From: Pseudomonadales bacterium
Lineage (GTDB): Bacteria > Pseudomonadota > Gammaproteobacteria > Pseudomonadales > UBA7434
Reading direction: 5' to 3'
Assembly: GCA_965659815.1 (NCBI GenBank)
Contig: CBFHXO010000002.1
Location: 794-64,793 of the forward strand
Length of the DNA: 64,000 nt
Each line of letters begins with the position of its first letter. Within the stretch, counting starts at the first letter, position 1. Both the position numbers and the translations under genes were made by a program. Under the pieces are notes generated by a model, which did no database searches, was not told the DNA's origin, and saw only the letters and a program-made list of their open reading frames with translations. Below are positions 36,962 to 45,467 of the stretch, one piece after another.

Positions 36962-38590
36962 TTACTGTTGATAATAAGCGTATAGAAAGCTGGAAAAATC
37001 GGTATTGCTATCTTGTTCGATTTTGCGTTGGCTGTCGAGTGAGTCGCTGGCTATTTGCATAAGCCGCTCCTGAGTTTCTGTATCGACATTACGTTGCTTA
37101 TAGTAATTCGCATGTTTTTGTGACTGGCGCATACCAAAGTCGATATGTGTTTCGCCCAGGTCCTGCATTTGTTTTAGCACCTGTGCCGAGGGCGTTAGCG
37201 ATACATCGAGTACTTTTTCGCGTTGCTTGGTAACGCTTTGGGTATACCAATGGGTGGGTATTTTTTGCGAGATGTTATGGGCTTGGTCCAGCTGTTTGGC
37301 AATCGATTCTATACCGTTAATCAGCCGGTTTGCGCAGTCGCCCATGGGTACTTCGGTTTTACCGCAATACAATTTTAATGCGGGGTCGCGGCCCTTGTTA
37401 ACAATGCGAGAATGGTTAACGCTAATCCGTTCAAACTCCTGTTTGTCGCACTGCGGGCTGTCGGACAGCAGGCAGTAAAGTAAAAAGCTGTCGAGAAAGC
37501 GAATGGTTTCGGTATCGATACCGCTAGCAAGCATGGGGTTGATATCCATGCAACGCACTTCAATATACTCGACACCGCGTTGCTCCAACGCCCTAAGCGG
37601 AGTTTCGCCGCTATGAGTAACCCGCTTGGGACGAATAGGGGAGTAAAACTCATTTTCAATTTGTAGCAGTGCCGTTGACAGCTGCTGGTAGGTGTCGCCC
37701 TTTTTTAAGCCAATTTCTTCATAGGCAGGGTATGGGGTTTTAATGGCATTACCTAAGGTTTCAATATAGTTGTTCAGCCCGTTGTAGCAGACAAATAGCG
37801 ATTTCTGAGCAGAGCTTTGGTAGCCCAGGTCACCCATGCGTAGCGAGGTGGCATTTGGGTAATAAAGGTCTTGCTCGGATAATGCAATTAAATCATTGTC
37901 GCGATTGTGAATAAATGATTTATCGACGCAGGGCGCCGACCCAAATAAATAAATTAACAGCCAGTAGTTCCGCCGAAAATTGCGAATCAAATCAAAATAG
38001 CGCTCGTCGATATACGATTGTAAATGCGTGTGTTCAGTCAGGCCGCTAACGCGCGCATGATCAAATGCACGGCGCCAAAATGCTTCGGGCAGCGAAAAGT
38101 TATAATGAATACCGGCAACGGTTTGCATGGCCCGCCCATAGCGGAGACCAAGGCCGCGACGGTAGACGGTTTTCATTTTCGCGATATTGGAGCTACCGTA
38201 TTGTGCTAATGGAATCAGCTCATCGGCGGGCAATATGCAAGGCATGCTTGCGCCCCAGATGATTTCATCGTTTAGCTGCGCGTAGGCCAGGGCGTGGATA
38301 TCGCGAAGGTAATCAATGGTCTCCTCAATCGACTCAAATACTGGCGTAATAAACTCCAGTAGTGACTCACTAAAGTCGGTAGTCAGCCAGGAGTTGCTCA
38401 GTGCCGAACCCAACGCCTGTGGGTGTGGTGTTAGCGCCAGTGCGCCGTTGCTATTGACCCGCAAGCCCTCTTTTTCAATACCGCGCTGAATTCGTCGCAA
38501 TACCGGTTGGATATCCTGGTGCGCGAGTAATTGCAGGTTTTTTTTAAAAAAACTGCCGCTGTCATCTGGTAGGTTAACGGTATCTAACAC
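36962..38590 (-). CDS. gshA: Glutamate--cysteine ligase
   Basis: 542 aa, colinear with proteobacterial GshA (RGIEKEGLRV, LEFITP, GIHYNFS). Confidence 0.95.
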   Translation of the reverse strand: MLDTVNLPDDSGSFFKKNLQLLAHQDIQPVLRRIQRGIEKEGLRVNSNGALALTPHPQALGSALSNSWLTTDFSESLLEFITPVFESIEETIDYLRDIHALAYAQLNDEIIWGASMPCILPADELIPLAQYGSSNIAKMKTVYRRGLGLRYGRAMQTVAGIHYNFSLPEAFWRRAFDHARVSGLTEHTHLQSYIDERYFDLIRNFRRNYWLLIYLFGSAPCVDKSFIHNRDNDLIALSEQDLYYPNATSLRMGDLGYQSSAQKSLFVCYNGLNNYIETLGNAIKTPYPAYEEIGLKKGDTYQQLSTALLQIENEFYSPIRPKRVTHSGETPLRALEQRGVEYIEVRCMDINPMLASGIDTETIRFLDSFLLYCLLSDSPQCDKQEFERISVNHSRIVNKGRDPALKLYCGKTEVPMGDCANRLINGIESIAKQLDQAHNISQKIPTHWYTQSVTKQREKVLDVSLTPSAQVLKQMQDLGETHIDFGMRQSQKHANYYKQRNVDTETQERLMQIASDSLDSQRKIEQDSNTDFSSFLYAYYQQ

Positions 38591-38918
38591 AGCGGTTCCC
38601 GGCTAAAGTAGTTGATAAATAATGATTGGATGGCAAAGCAGTGTTTGTTGGTTTTTGGGTTTTACACCATTGAATCTAATGAATGCCGCGCACAGACAGG
38701 TGGGGCAAAGTGTAACAGACGAAGCGCAAAAGCCTATGCACTTATCGTGACTATTTGTTGAATTTATTGTACCGATTGCGCTATGTTAACCAAAATCCAG
38801 GACTTTAGCGGCTAATCAATATGCCTGATGATAGAGTTGTGGTTTAATTTATCGCTTCTGTTCATAAACGGTCCGTGACTTGCGCATCGCATTGCGGTAA
38901 AAGCCAACAGGTTAATTG

Positions 38919-39542
38919 ATGACAGCCAACCAAATTATCGATTTCTGGTTTGGTGAAAACCCCGAGGCTATTGTAATGGGCCGCGATCAATTATGGTTTG
39001 GTTTCGACCCGGTGTTCGATAGTGAAATAAAAACATTATTTGGCGATACCGTGATTGCAGCTGCCAACGGTGAGCTCGATAACTGGATGGATTCAGCGCA
39101 AAGCAGTTTGGCGCTGATTATTTTGCTCGATCAATTGACTCGCAATATTCACCGTGGCAGTGGCCAGGCTTTTGCCAATGATGCATTGGCGCGTTCGGTT
39201 TGCCGGCAGGGGTTGGTGCAAGGTTTTGATATGGCGCTAACGCACAGCCAGAGAATTTTTTACTATCTCCCTCTGGAGCATTCGGAGTCGATCGAAGACC
39301 AGCAGCAATCGGTGTCACTATTTGATCGTTTAACTGATGATGTGGTTGCACAATACGGTGAGCAATATCGGGCAATGTTTGACGGCACCCGCAGGTTCGC
39401 CCATGACCACTATGACATCATAAAACAGTTTGGTCGATTTCCACACCGCAACCTGTTACTTGGGCGGGAGTCGACCAAGGCTGAGTTAGACTATTTAAAA
39501 TCGGGTGGAAAGACCTTTGGTCAGTCGGATCAGGGTTTATGA
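38919..39542 (+). CDS. DUF924 family protein
   Basis: FWFGE... WFGFDPVFD... LILLDQLTRNIHRG... HYDIIKQFGRFPHRN are typical of DUF924. Confidence 0.8.
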   Translation: MTANQIIDFWFGENPEAIVMGRDQLWFGFDPVFDSEIKTLFGDTVIAAANGELDNWMDSAQSSLALIILLDQLTRNIHRGSGQAFANDALARSVCRQGLVQGFDMALTHSQRIFYYLPLEHSESIEDQQQSVSLFDRLTDDVVAQYGEQYRAMFDGTRRFAHDHYDIIKQFGRFPHRNLLLGRESTKAELDYLKSGGKTFGQSDQGL

Positions 39543-39621
39543 TTGTTATTGAGCAATTTCTTATTTTCTTAAGGTGAACACCGGTTAATGACGGCACGGT
39601 TAACGAGAGCAAAGGTAGTGC

Positions 39622-40953
39622 ATGACCAGAACAAATTTATTTAAAGACCATTTACAGCGCGTTGAGGCATGGATTTGGGATACGGATATCCGTAGTGCTC
39701 CGATATGGGAACGCGTAATATTAAGAACGCTGCGCATTTTGGTGGCAGTGATTCGCGATTTGCGCGATGGCCAGCTCAGTTTGCGCGCGATGAGCTTGGT
39801 CTATAACACCGTTATTGCCATTGTGCCCTTATTGGCGCTGAGTTTTTCGGTGCTAAAAGGTTTTGGTATGCATAATGAGGTTGAGCCCGCGCTGCTTGAG
39901 GCGCTGGTGGATCTCGGCGATAAGCGCTATGAAATCGTTAGCAACGTGATGAGTTTTATCGACAATATTAAGGTTGGCGTATTAGGCGCGGTGGGTTTTG
40001 CTTTATTGATTTATAGCGTTATTTCGATGATGCATAAAATTGAACACTCGTTTAACTACACCTGGCAAATTAAGCGCGATAGAAATATGTCACAGCGTTT
40101 TCGCGATTACTTAAGTGTGGTGTTTATTGCGCCGTTAATGATATTTCTTTCGGCGGCCATTACTACCTCAGCAAATACCAGTTTCGTAATGGAGTATATT
40201 GAAAAACTCCCCGCAGGCTCCAGCTTTGTTGCATTTAGCAGTGACCTGATTCCCTACCTGATTATGTCAATGGGATTTGCATTTATTTACCTGTTTCTGC
40301 CTAACACACAGGTTAGGTTTTTACCCGCTTTTGTTGGTGGTTTAGTTACTGCGATTATTTGGAAAGTTATGGGCTGGGGGGTGTCGACCTTTATTGCAAA
40401 TTCTGCCAGTAATATTGCCATTTACTCGGCATTTGCCTCAGTGATTATTTTAATGGTGTGGATGTATATCGGTTGGCTGGTATTATTGGTGGGAGCCAGT
40501 GTGTCATTCTATTTTCAGAACCCACAATATATTCTGGTGCGACGCGACAGTATGCAGCTCAACGGTGAAAATGCCGAAAGCCTTGCGCTTAGCTTAATGT
40601 ATTTAATTGGACTGCACTATCATAAGTCCATGCCCGCATGGGATGTTGATCGACTGGGGCAGCGATTAAGAGTGGCGCCGCATTTGGTAGAGGACATGCT
40701 GGATTTTTTGGTTTCACAATCATATGTCGTGCGCACTGGCGAGGGCTGTGAAGAAATTTATCCCGCTCAGCCCATGGAGCAGTTATTAGTTCGCGATTTA
40801 CTCAGATGCGTACGAGAGTTGAGTTTAAATGGTGAGCGGCCTAGGGATATTCGCGGGGAGTTACCGGTGGCCAGCGTACTCGATGAGATGCGCGCGGCTA
40901 TTGAGCAGCGTTTTGGTGATAAAACCCTTAAGGATTTGATCGACCAGCATTAG
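39622..40953 (+). CDS. YihY/BrkB (virulence factor BrkB) family membrane protein with a C-terminal soluble extension
   Basis: 443 aa with a 6-TM YihY core (LSFSVLKGFG...; ASVIILMVWMYIGWLVLLVGA) followed by an extension of about 140 aa. Confidence 0.85.
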   Translation: MTRTNLFKDHLQRVEAWIWDTDIRSAPIWERVILRTLRILVAVIRDLRDGQLSLRAMSLVYNTVIAIVPLLALSFSVLKGFGMHNEVEPALLEALVDLGDKRYEIVSNVMSFIDNIKVGVLGAVGFALLIYSVISMMHKIEHSFNYTWQIKRDRNMSQRFRDYLSVVFIAPLMIFLSAAITTSANTSFVMEYIEKLPAGSSFVAFSSDLIPYLIMSMGFAFIYLFLPNTQVRFLPAFVGGLVTAIIWKVMGWGVSTFIANSASNIAIYSAFASVIILMVWMYIGWLVLLVGASVSFYFQNPQYILVRRDSMQLNGENAESLALSLMYLIGLHYHKSMPAWDVDRLGQRLRVAPHLVEDMLDFLVSQSYVVRTGEGCEEIYPAQPMEQLLVRDLLRCVRELSLNGERPRDIRGELPVASVLDEMRAAIEQRFGDKTLKDLIDQH

Positions 40954-40991
40954 CTGGCATTGTTTTGAATTTTGTATTGACTGCGCTTTTT

Positions 40992-41597
40992 ATGGATACG
41001 ATTAATAGTTTTGCCCCAGTGGTTGATGCTAATGCCAGAGTTTTAATTCTGGGCAGTATACCAGGCAAGCGCTCGCTCAATGACAATCAATACTACGCGC
41101 ATCCTCGTAATGCTTTTTGGCGCATTATGTCGCAGCTGTATCATTTTGAGCTGCCCCACTTACCACAAAACCCATCACAAAAATCATTGGATGAGGCTCC
41201 AAAAAAGTCACTAAACAAGTCGCCCAAAAAAAGTGCCGCTGAGTATTTGCACTGCCTGTCCCAATTACGCCAGCATCGCATAGCGCTATGGGATGTATTG
41301 CAAAGTTGCCAGCGCGATTCCAGCCTCGATGCCGATATTGTCGAAGCGTCTATTCAGCCTAACGACTTTAGTCAGTTGTTTAGTGATTATCCGTTAATTA
41401 GACATATTTATTTCAATGGGGCAAAAGCGCAGCAAAGCTACCAGCGTTATGTATTACCTGGGCTTTCTGCTAGTGCGCAGGCTATTCCTGCATTGCGTCT
41501 GCCTTCAACCAGCCCGGCTCATGCGGCACTTAATTTTGCGCAAAAACTGGCGGCCTGGCAGGTGATTAGTACCCATGCCTCTGGTGAAAAGCTATAG
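40992..41597 (+). CDS. DNA-deoxyinosine (hypoxanthine) glycosylase, UDG family 6
   Basis: ARVLILGSIPGKRSLNDNQYYAHPRNAFWRIM and IALWDVL match the family. Start taken at the ATG at 40992. Confidence 0.75.
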   Translation: MDTINSFAPVVDANARVLILGSIPGKRSLNDNQYYAHPRNAFWRIMSQLYHFELPHLPQNPSQKSLDEAPKKSLNKSPKKSAAEYLHCLSQLRQHRIALWDVLQSCQRDSSLDADIVEASIQPNDFSQLFSDYPLIRHIYFNGAKAQQSYQRYVLPGLSASAQAIPALRLPSTSPAHAALNFAQKLAAWQVISTHASGEKL

Positions 41598-41700
41598 CCG
41601 GGTTACGCATCGTTAAAGAACGGCATCGGTAATTGAAATTCTGGCTTTGTCGAGTCATATTGTTTGGCAGTTTCAAACATTCAACCGCTGGGGTTAATTT

Positions 41701-43362
41701 ATGTCTGTTTTATTAGCACTTACGAGTAGCCTTCTAAGTGGCGCTAACAGTCGCTGCAGCGCTGTATCGTTGACGTTGTTTTTAAGCCTTTTTGCTAGTG
41801 TGCCGCTGTGGGCTAATGAGAAACCTAATGTCATTGTGATTGTCGCTGATGACCTGGGTTGGTCGGATGTGGGTTTTCATGGCAATGAGGATATTGAAAC
41901 CAATGCCCTTGATCGACTGGCGCGCGAAGGTGTGCAGCTCGACCGCTTTTATGCCACGCCAATTTGTTCGCCTACTCGTGCGGCGCTCATGACGGGCCGC
42001 GACCCGATGCGGCTTGGCGTCGCTTATGGCGTTATCATGCCCTGGCACAATTTCGGTGTGCATCCCGACGAAACATTTATGCCGCAGGCGTTTTTAGGCG
42101 CGGGTTATCAAACTGCAATGGTGGGCAAATGGCACCTGGGTCATGCGCAGCAAACCTATCACCCCAACGAGCGTGGCTTTGAACATTTTTATGGTCACCT
42201 GCATACCGAGGTGGGTTATTTCCCACCGTTTGCCAACCAGCGTGGCCGCGATTTCCAGCGCAACGGCGTGTCTATAGACGACCAGGGTTACGAGTCATTT
42301 TTATTGGGCAAGGAAGCGGCGCGCTATATCAAGTCGCGCGATAAATCCAAGCCGTTTTTTATCTATATGCCGTTTATCGCGCCGCATACACCGCTGGATG
42401 CGCCGGATGACCTGGTAGAGAAATACGCCGACCTCGAAGACAATCGCCTGCCTGCCCGCAGTCATAACACCGATCAGTCGCGACAGATATCCCGCATGAT
42501 GATGCGCCCCAGTGCGCGGCCAATGTATGCAGCAGTGGTTGATGGGATGGACCAATCGATTGGTATGGTATTGGATGCGCTGGATACCGAAGGCATTGCT
42601 GACAATACCATTGTGTTGTTTTTTAGCGATAACGGCGGTGCGGCCTATGCCAGTGGTGGTGCCGATAACGTGCCGTTGCGTGGCGGCAAGGGTGAGACCT
42701 TTGAAGGCGGTATACGCGTTGTGTCGGTAATGCGCTGGCCGGCAAAAATTGCTGCTGGCACAAAAGCCGAAAGCATTATGTCGGTGATGGATGTGTTTCC
42801 TACGCTTGCTGCGGCGGCAGGTATCGAGCCGAACACACACTTTGAACTGGATGGCCGGAATATGCTGCCGGCGGTTGTTGAGCAACAAAATATACCGTTA
42901 GATGACTATTTGTTTTTTGCGTCAGAAACACCAATAAAAGGGCGGTTTAACTTAACTGCGTTTAATGACGAGTGGAAGCTGGTACAGGAAATGGTGCAGG
43001 GTATTAGCAGCACAGATGTAACCAACTTTTTGTTCCGAATTAAGGATGACCCCAACGAATATAACAACCTTGCCCAGGCGCACCCCGACAAGGTAGCCGA
43101 AATGGCCCGGGCCATTCACTATTGGCGTACGCTATACCCTGTGGCAGGTTTGCGCCATGAGTTAGTGCCACCGCCAGGCTGGCGCGCGCCAAAAGACTGG
43201 TCTACCTATCCCAAGCCGATAGAAGAATTACAGGATACGCCGGCAACCGGTATGGCTCCTGAGTACGCATTAAAAGCGCTCGACTGGCAGCACGGTGAAG
43301 CGGGTCGACTGATTTACAATTGCGAGCCTTATAAGCTGGTAGGCGGTGGGCTTTGCAAGTAG
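41701..43362 (+). CDS. Secreted Cys-type arylsulfatase
   Basis: 553 aa with a signal peptide. Has the sulfatase signature CSPTRAALMTGR and GKWHLG. Confidence 0.92.
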   Translation: MSVLLALTSSLLSGANSRCSAVSLTLFLSLFASVPLWANEKPNVIVIVADDLGWSDVGFHGNEDIETNALDRLAREGVQLDRFYATPICSPTRAALMTGRDPMRLGVAYGVIMPWHNFGVHPDETFMPQAFLGAGYQTAMVGKWHLGHAQQTYHPNERGFEHFYGHLHTEVGYFPPFANQRGRDFQRNGVSIDDQGYESFLLGKEAARYIKSRDKSKPFFIYMPFIAPHTPLDAPDDLVEKYADLEDNRLPARSHNTDQSRQISRMMMRPSARPMYAAVVDGMDQSIGMVLDALDTEGIADNTIVLFFSDNGGAAYASGGADNVPLRGGKGETFEGGIRVVSVMRWPAKIAAGTKAESIMSVMDVFPTLAAAAGIEPNTHFELDGRNMLPAVVEQQNIPLDDYLFFASETPIKGRFNLTAFNDEWKLVQEMVQGISSTDVTNFLFRIKDDPNEYNNLAQAHPDKVAEMARAIHYWRTLYPVAGLRHELVPPPGWRAPKDWSTYPKPIEELQDTPATGMAPEYALKALDWQHGEAGRLIYNCEPYKLVGGGLCK

Positions 43363-43369
43363 TTAGCGA

Positions 43370-43411
43370 AACGGCTGTTTGCAAAATACGCTTATAGCGC
43401 GAACAGCCGTT
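43370..43411. terminator. Stem-loop at the convergent sulfatase / hupE-like junction
   Basis: AACGGCTGTT (43370-43379) pairs with AACAGCCGTT (43402-43411). The 10-bp arms are perfect and the right arm lies inside the hupE-like 3' end. Confidence 0.45.
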
Positions 43412-44414
43412 GCCAAAACCAGACCGCGCCAATAATGCCAATCACATAACAGGTGGCGGTTGATAGCTGGGTGGGTACCTTGATACCGATTCGGTAAAGC
43501 AGATAGGCCAGGCCAAAGAACAGTGTAATAACGGCCAGTTGGCCAATTTCAATGCCAATATTAAATGCCGCCAATGACAGCGTCAGCGCCTGTTGCGGCA
43601 GGCCGATTTCGGCCAGCGCACCGGCAAAGCCCATGCCGTGTAACAAGCCAAAACTTCCTGACATTAACCACGGCCGTTTTTGCAGTACGCCCTGTTGCAG
43701 ATTATTTCTGTTGCGATGAACAATGTCGGCTGCCGCCCAGGCAATAGAAAGTGCAATCATTGCTTCAATAAAAAATACCGGAAAGCGAATGGCGCCTAAT
43801 GCAGTCAGGCTTAGCGTGACACTATGGCCCAGCGTAAACAAGGTGATTGTCCAGAATAATTGTTTATTCCAGCCTACTAGCAGTGCCAGCGTAATAACAA
43901 ATAACACGTGATCAATACCGCCAATTAAATGCTCTATGCCAAGCACAATATAACGGCTGAATATCGACGTGACACTTTGCTGGCCTGGCACTACCAGCGA
44001 TGCTTGTTGATACCCCAGCATCTGGTGCACCAGTTGATTGTCGAGAAAGCGTATACGCAACAACACGCCACTGCTGTTGGCGCTAAAGCCATTAACACCA
44101 ATAGTTTTATCAAACAGCGGGGCTGCACAGTGCAGCTTAAAACTCTGTGATCGACCGGTGCCTGCAGCAACGGGGGCTTCGAGGTCGACGATTTCGCATT
44201 GATCGGGAAAAAACGGCGCCAGCGTGCCGCGGTCGGCGGTTTTATTGGGTAGTTTCCAAATAGCCTGGAACCGATTGGTTTCGATTTCGCTAAGTGCCAG
44301 TAGCCCCGGCGCTAAGGGGTGCGCCTGTGCCGGGCTTTGCCAGCCCAACAGCAGCGCCAGTAAAACGCTTAGCTGACAGAATAGTGAATAGCGATGTCGC
44401 GTGTGATGGCTCAT
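43392..44414 (-). CDS. HupE/UreJ-like membrane protein with an N-terminal periplasmic domain
   Basis: 340 aa. A signal peptide and a soluble region of about 150 aa precede a 6-TM region with GIDHVLF, TLGHS and LLHGMGFAGAL motifs. Confidence 0.75.
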   Translation of the reverse strand: MSHHTRHRYSLFCQLSVLLALLLGWQSPAQAHPLAPGLLALSEIETNRFQAIWKLPNKTADRGTLAPFFPDQCEIVDLEAPVAAGTGRSQSFKLHCAAPLFDKTIGVNGFSANSSGVLLRIRFLDNQLVHQMLGYQQASLVVPGQQSVTSIFSRYIVLGIEHLIGGIDHVLFVITLALLVGWNKQLFWTITLFTLGHSVTLSLTALGAIRFPVFFIEAMIALSIAWAAADIVHRNRNNLQQGVLQKRPWLMSGSFGLLHGMGFAGALAEIGLPQQALTLSLAAFNIGIEIGQLAVITLFFGLAYLLYRIGIKVPTQLSTATCYVIGIIGAVWFWQRLFAL

Positions 44415-45442
44415 TCTTCACCTCCATCAGTATCGGCTCGCAGTGAAGCGTTTTCACTAAATGTAAACGCTGTGTATTCGTCATTGTCACCGGCAACTAA
44501 AATGCGGTATTTGCTGATAATGCCTTGCAGCTTTTGTTGAAACAGTTGTTCTTCGGCTTGCATGGTAATTTCGCGCACGATATTACTGCGCACTTTTGCC
44601 AGCGGTTTGGGTGTTGCTGCGCTGCTATCAGAGATCCACACCAGATGGTGGCCAAAGCCCGATGTCACCGGTGGGCTCCATTGTTGTTGTGCAAGGCCTG
44701 GCAGTGCCTGCGCAAACTGTTGGCCAAAATGCCTGGCAATTTGACGCTGGCTTTGTAAATTAAAGTGGTGGCCGCCGTAAAATACATCGCCTTTTTCAAT
44801 GGCTTTATCCAGTGCGTCTTTGCCACTACTGGCCGGGTTATTGCCGTCGGCTAACAGTTTGGCGCGCAATTGCCCAGCTGCGGCAAGATCAGCGGCGGCG
44901 TCTGCGCCGTTAGATTGCAAATACACATGGCTAAATGCGAAGCGTGCCGCCTGGGTATAGGTCTGCTGGTGATCTTGATAATACTGTTCAATGGCTTGCT
45001 CGCTGGGTTCAGGTACTGCGCCACTGTTTTTAAGTGCGGTTTTATACAGTGTGACCATTTGTCGCCGCACGACGATATCGGTTTCATCGAGCTTCATAGA
45101 CAATGCAGCCTGGTAGCGTTCGTCCATGCTGCTGTCCTTGGGTACCAGTTGCAAAAAATCGGCGACGTTGGCCAGCCTGAGCACCACGGTGTCGAGCTTG
45201 TCAAAGCCGGCCGCCTTTGCCTCGAGGTAGAGAATTTCATCCTCGGCCAACTGCTCAACCAATTTGTTTTCATCAATGGGCTGGTTGCTGCCAAAGGCTT
45301 TTTCAATCTCATCCTTAAGGCGCTGGATTTCCGCCTGGTCAATATACACTTCGGGTGGTGGCTGGGTTTGCCATTGCACAAGTACGATGACTGCGCCAAT
45401 GAGTAAACAGTGCAGCAGCGGTTTTTGAAAGAATTTCGCCAT
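44411..45442 (-). CDS. Membrane-anchored parvulin-like peptidyl-prolyl isomerase domain protein
   Basis: 343 aa with an N-terminal anchor. The C-terminal FSHVYL...FGQQFAQAL...WSPPVTSGFGHHLVWI resembles PpiC-type rotamase. Its stop overlaps the hupE-like start (ATGA). Confidence 0.65.
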   Translation of the reverse strand: MAKFFQKPLLHCLLIGAVIVLVQWQTQPPPEVYIDQAEIQRLKDEIEKAFGSNQPIDENKLVEQLAEDEILYLEAKAAGFDKLDTVVLRLANVADFLQLVPKDSSMDERYQAALSMKLDETDIVVRRQMVTLYKTALKNSGAVPEPSEQAIEQYYQDHQQTYTQAARFAFSHVYLQSNGADAAADLAAAGQLRAKLLADGNNPASSGKDALDKAIEKGDVFYGGHHFNLQSQRQIARHFGQQFAQALPGLAQQQWSPPVTSGFGHHLVWISDSSAATPKPLAKVRSNIVREITMQAEEQLFQQKLQGIISKYRILVAGDNDEYTAFTFSENASLRADTDGGEE

Positions 45443-45467
45443 GATTGTTGCAGATTAAAACAATTAT

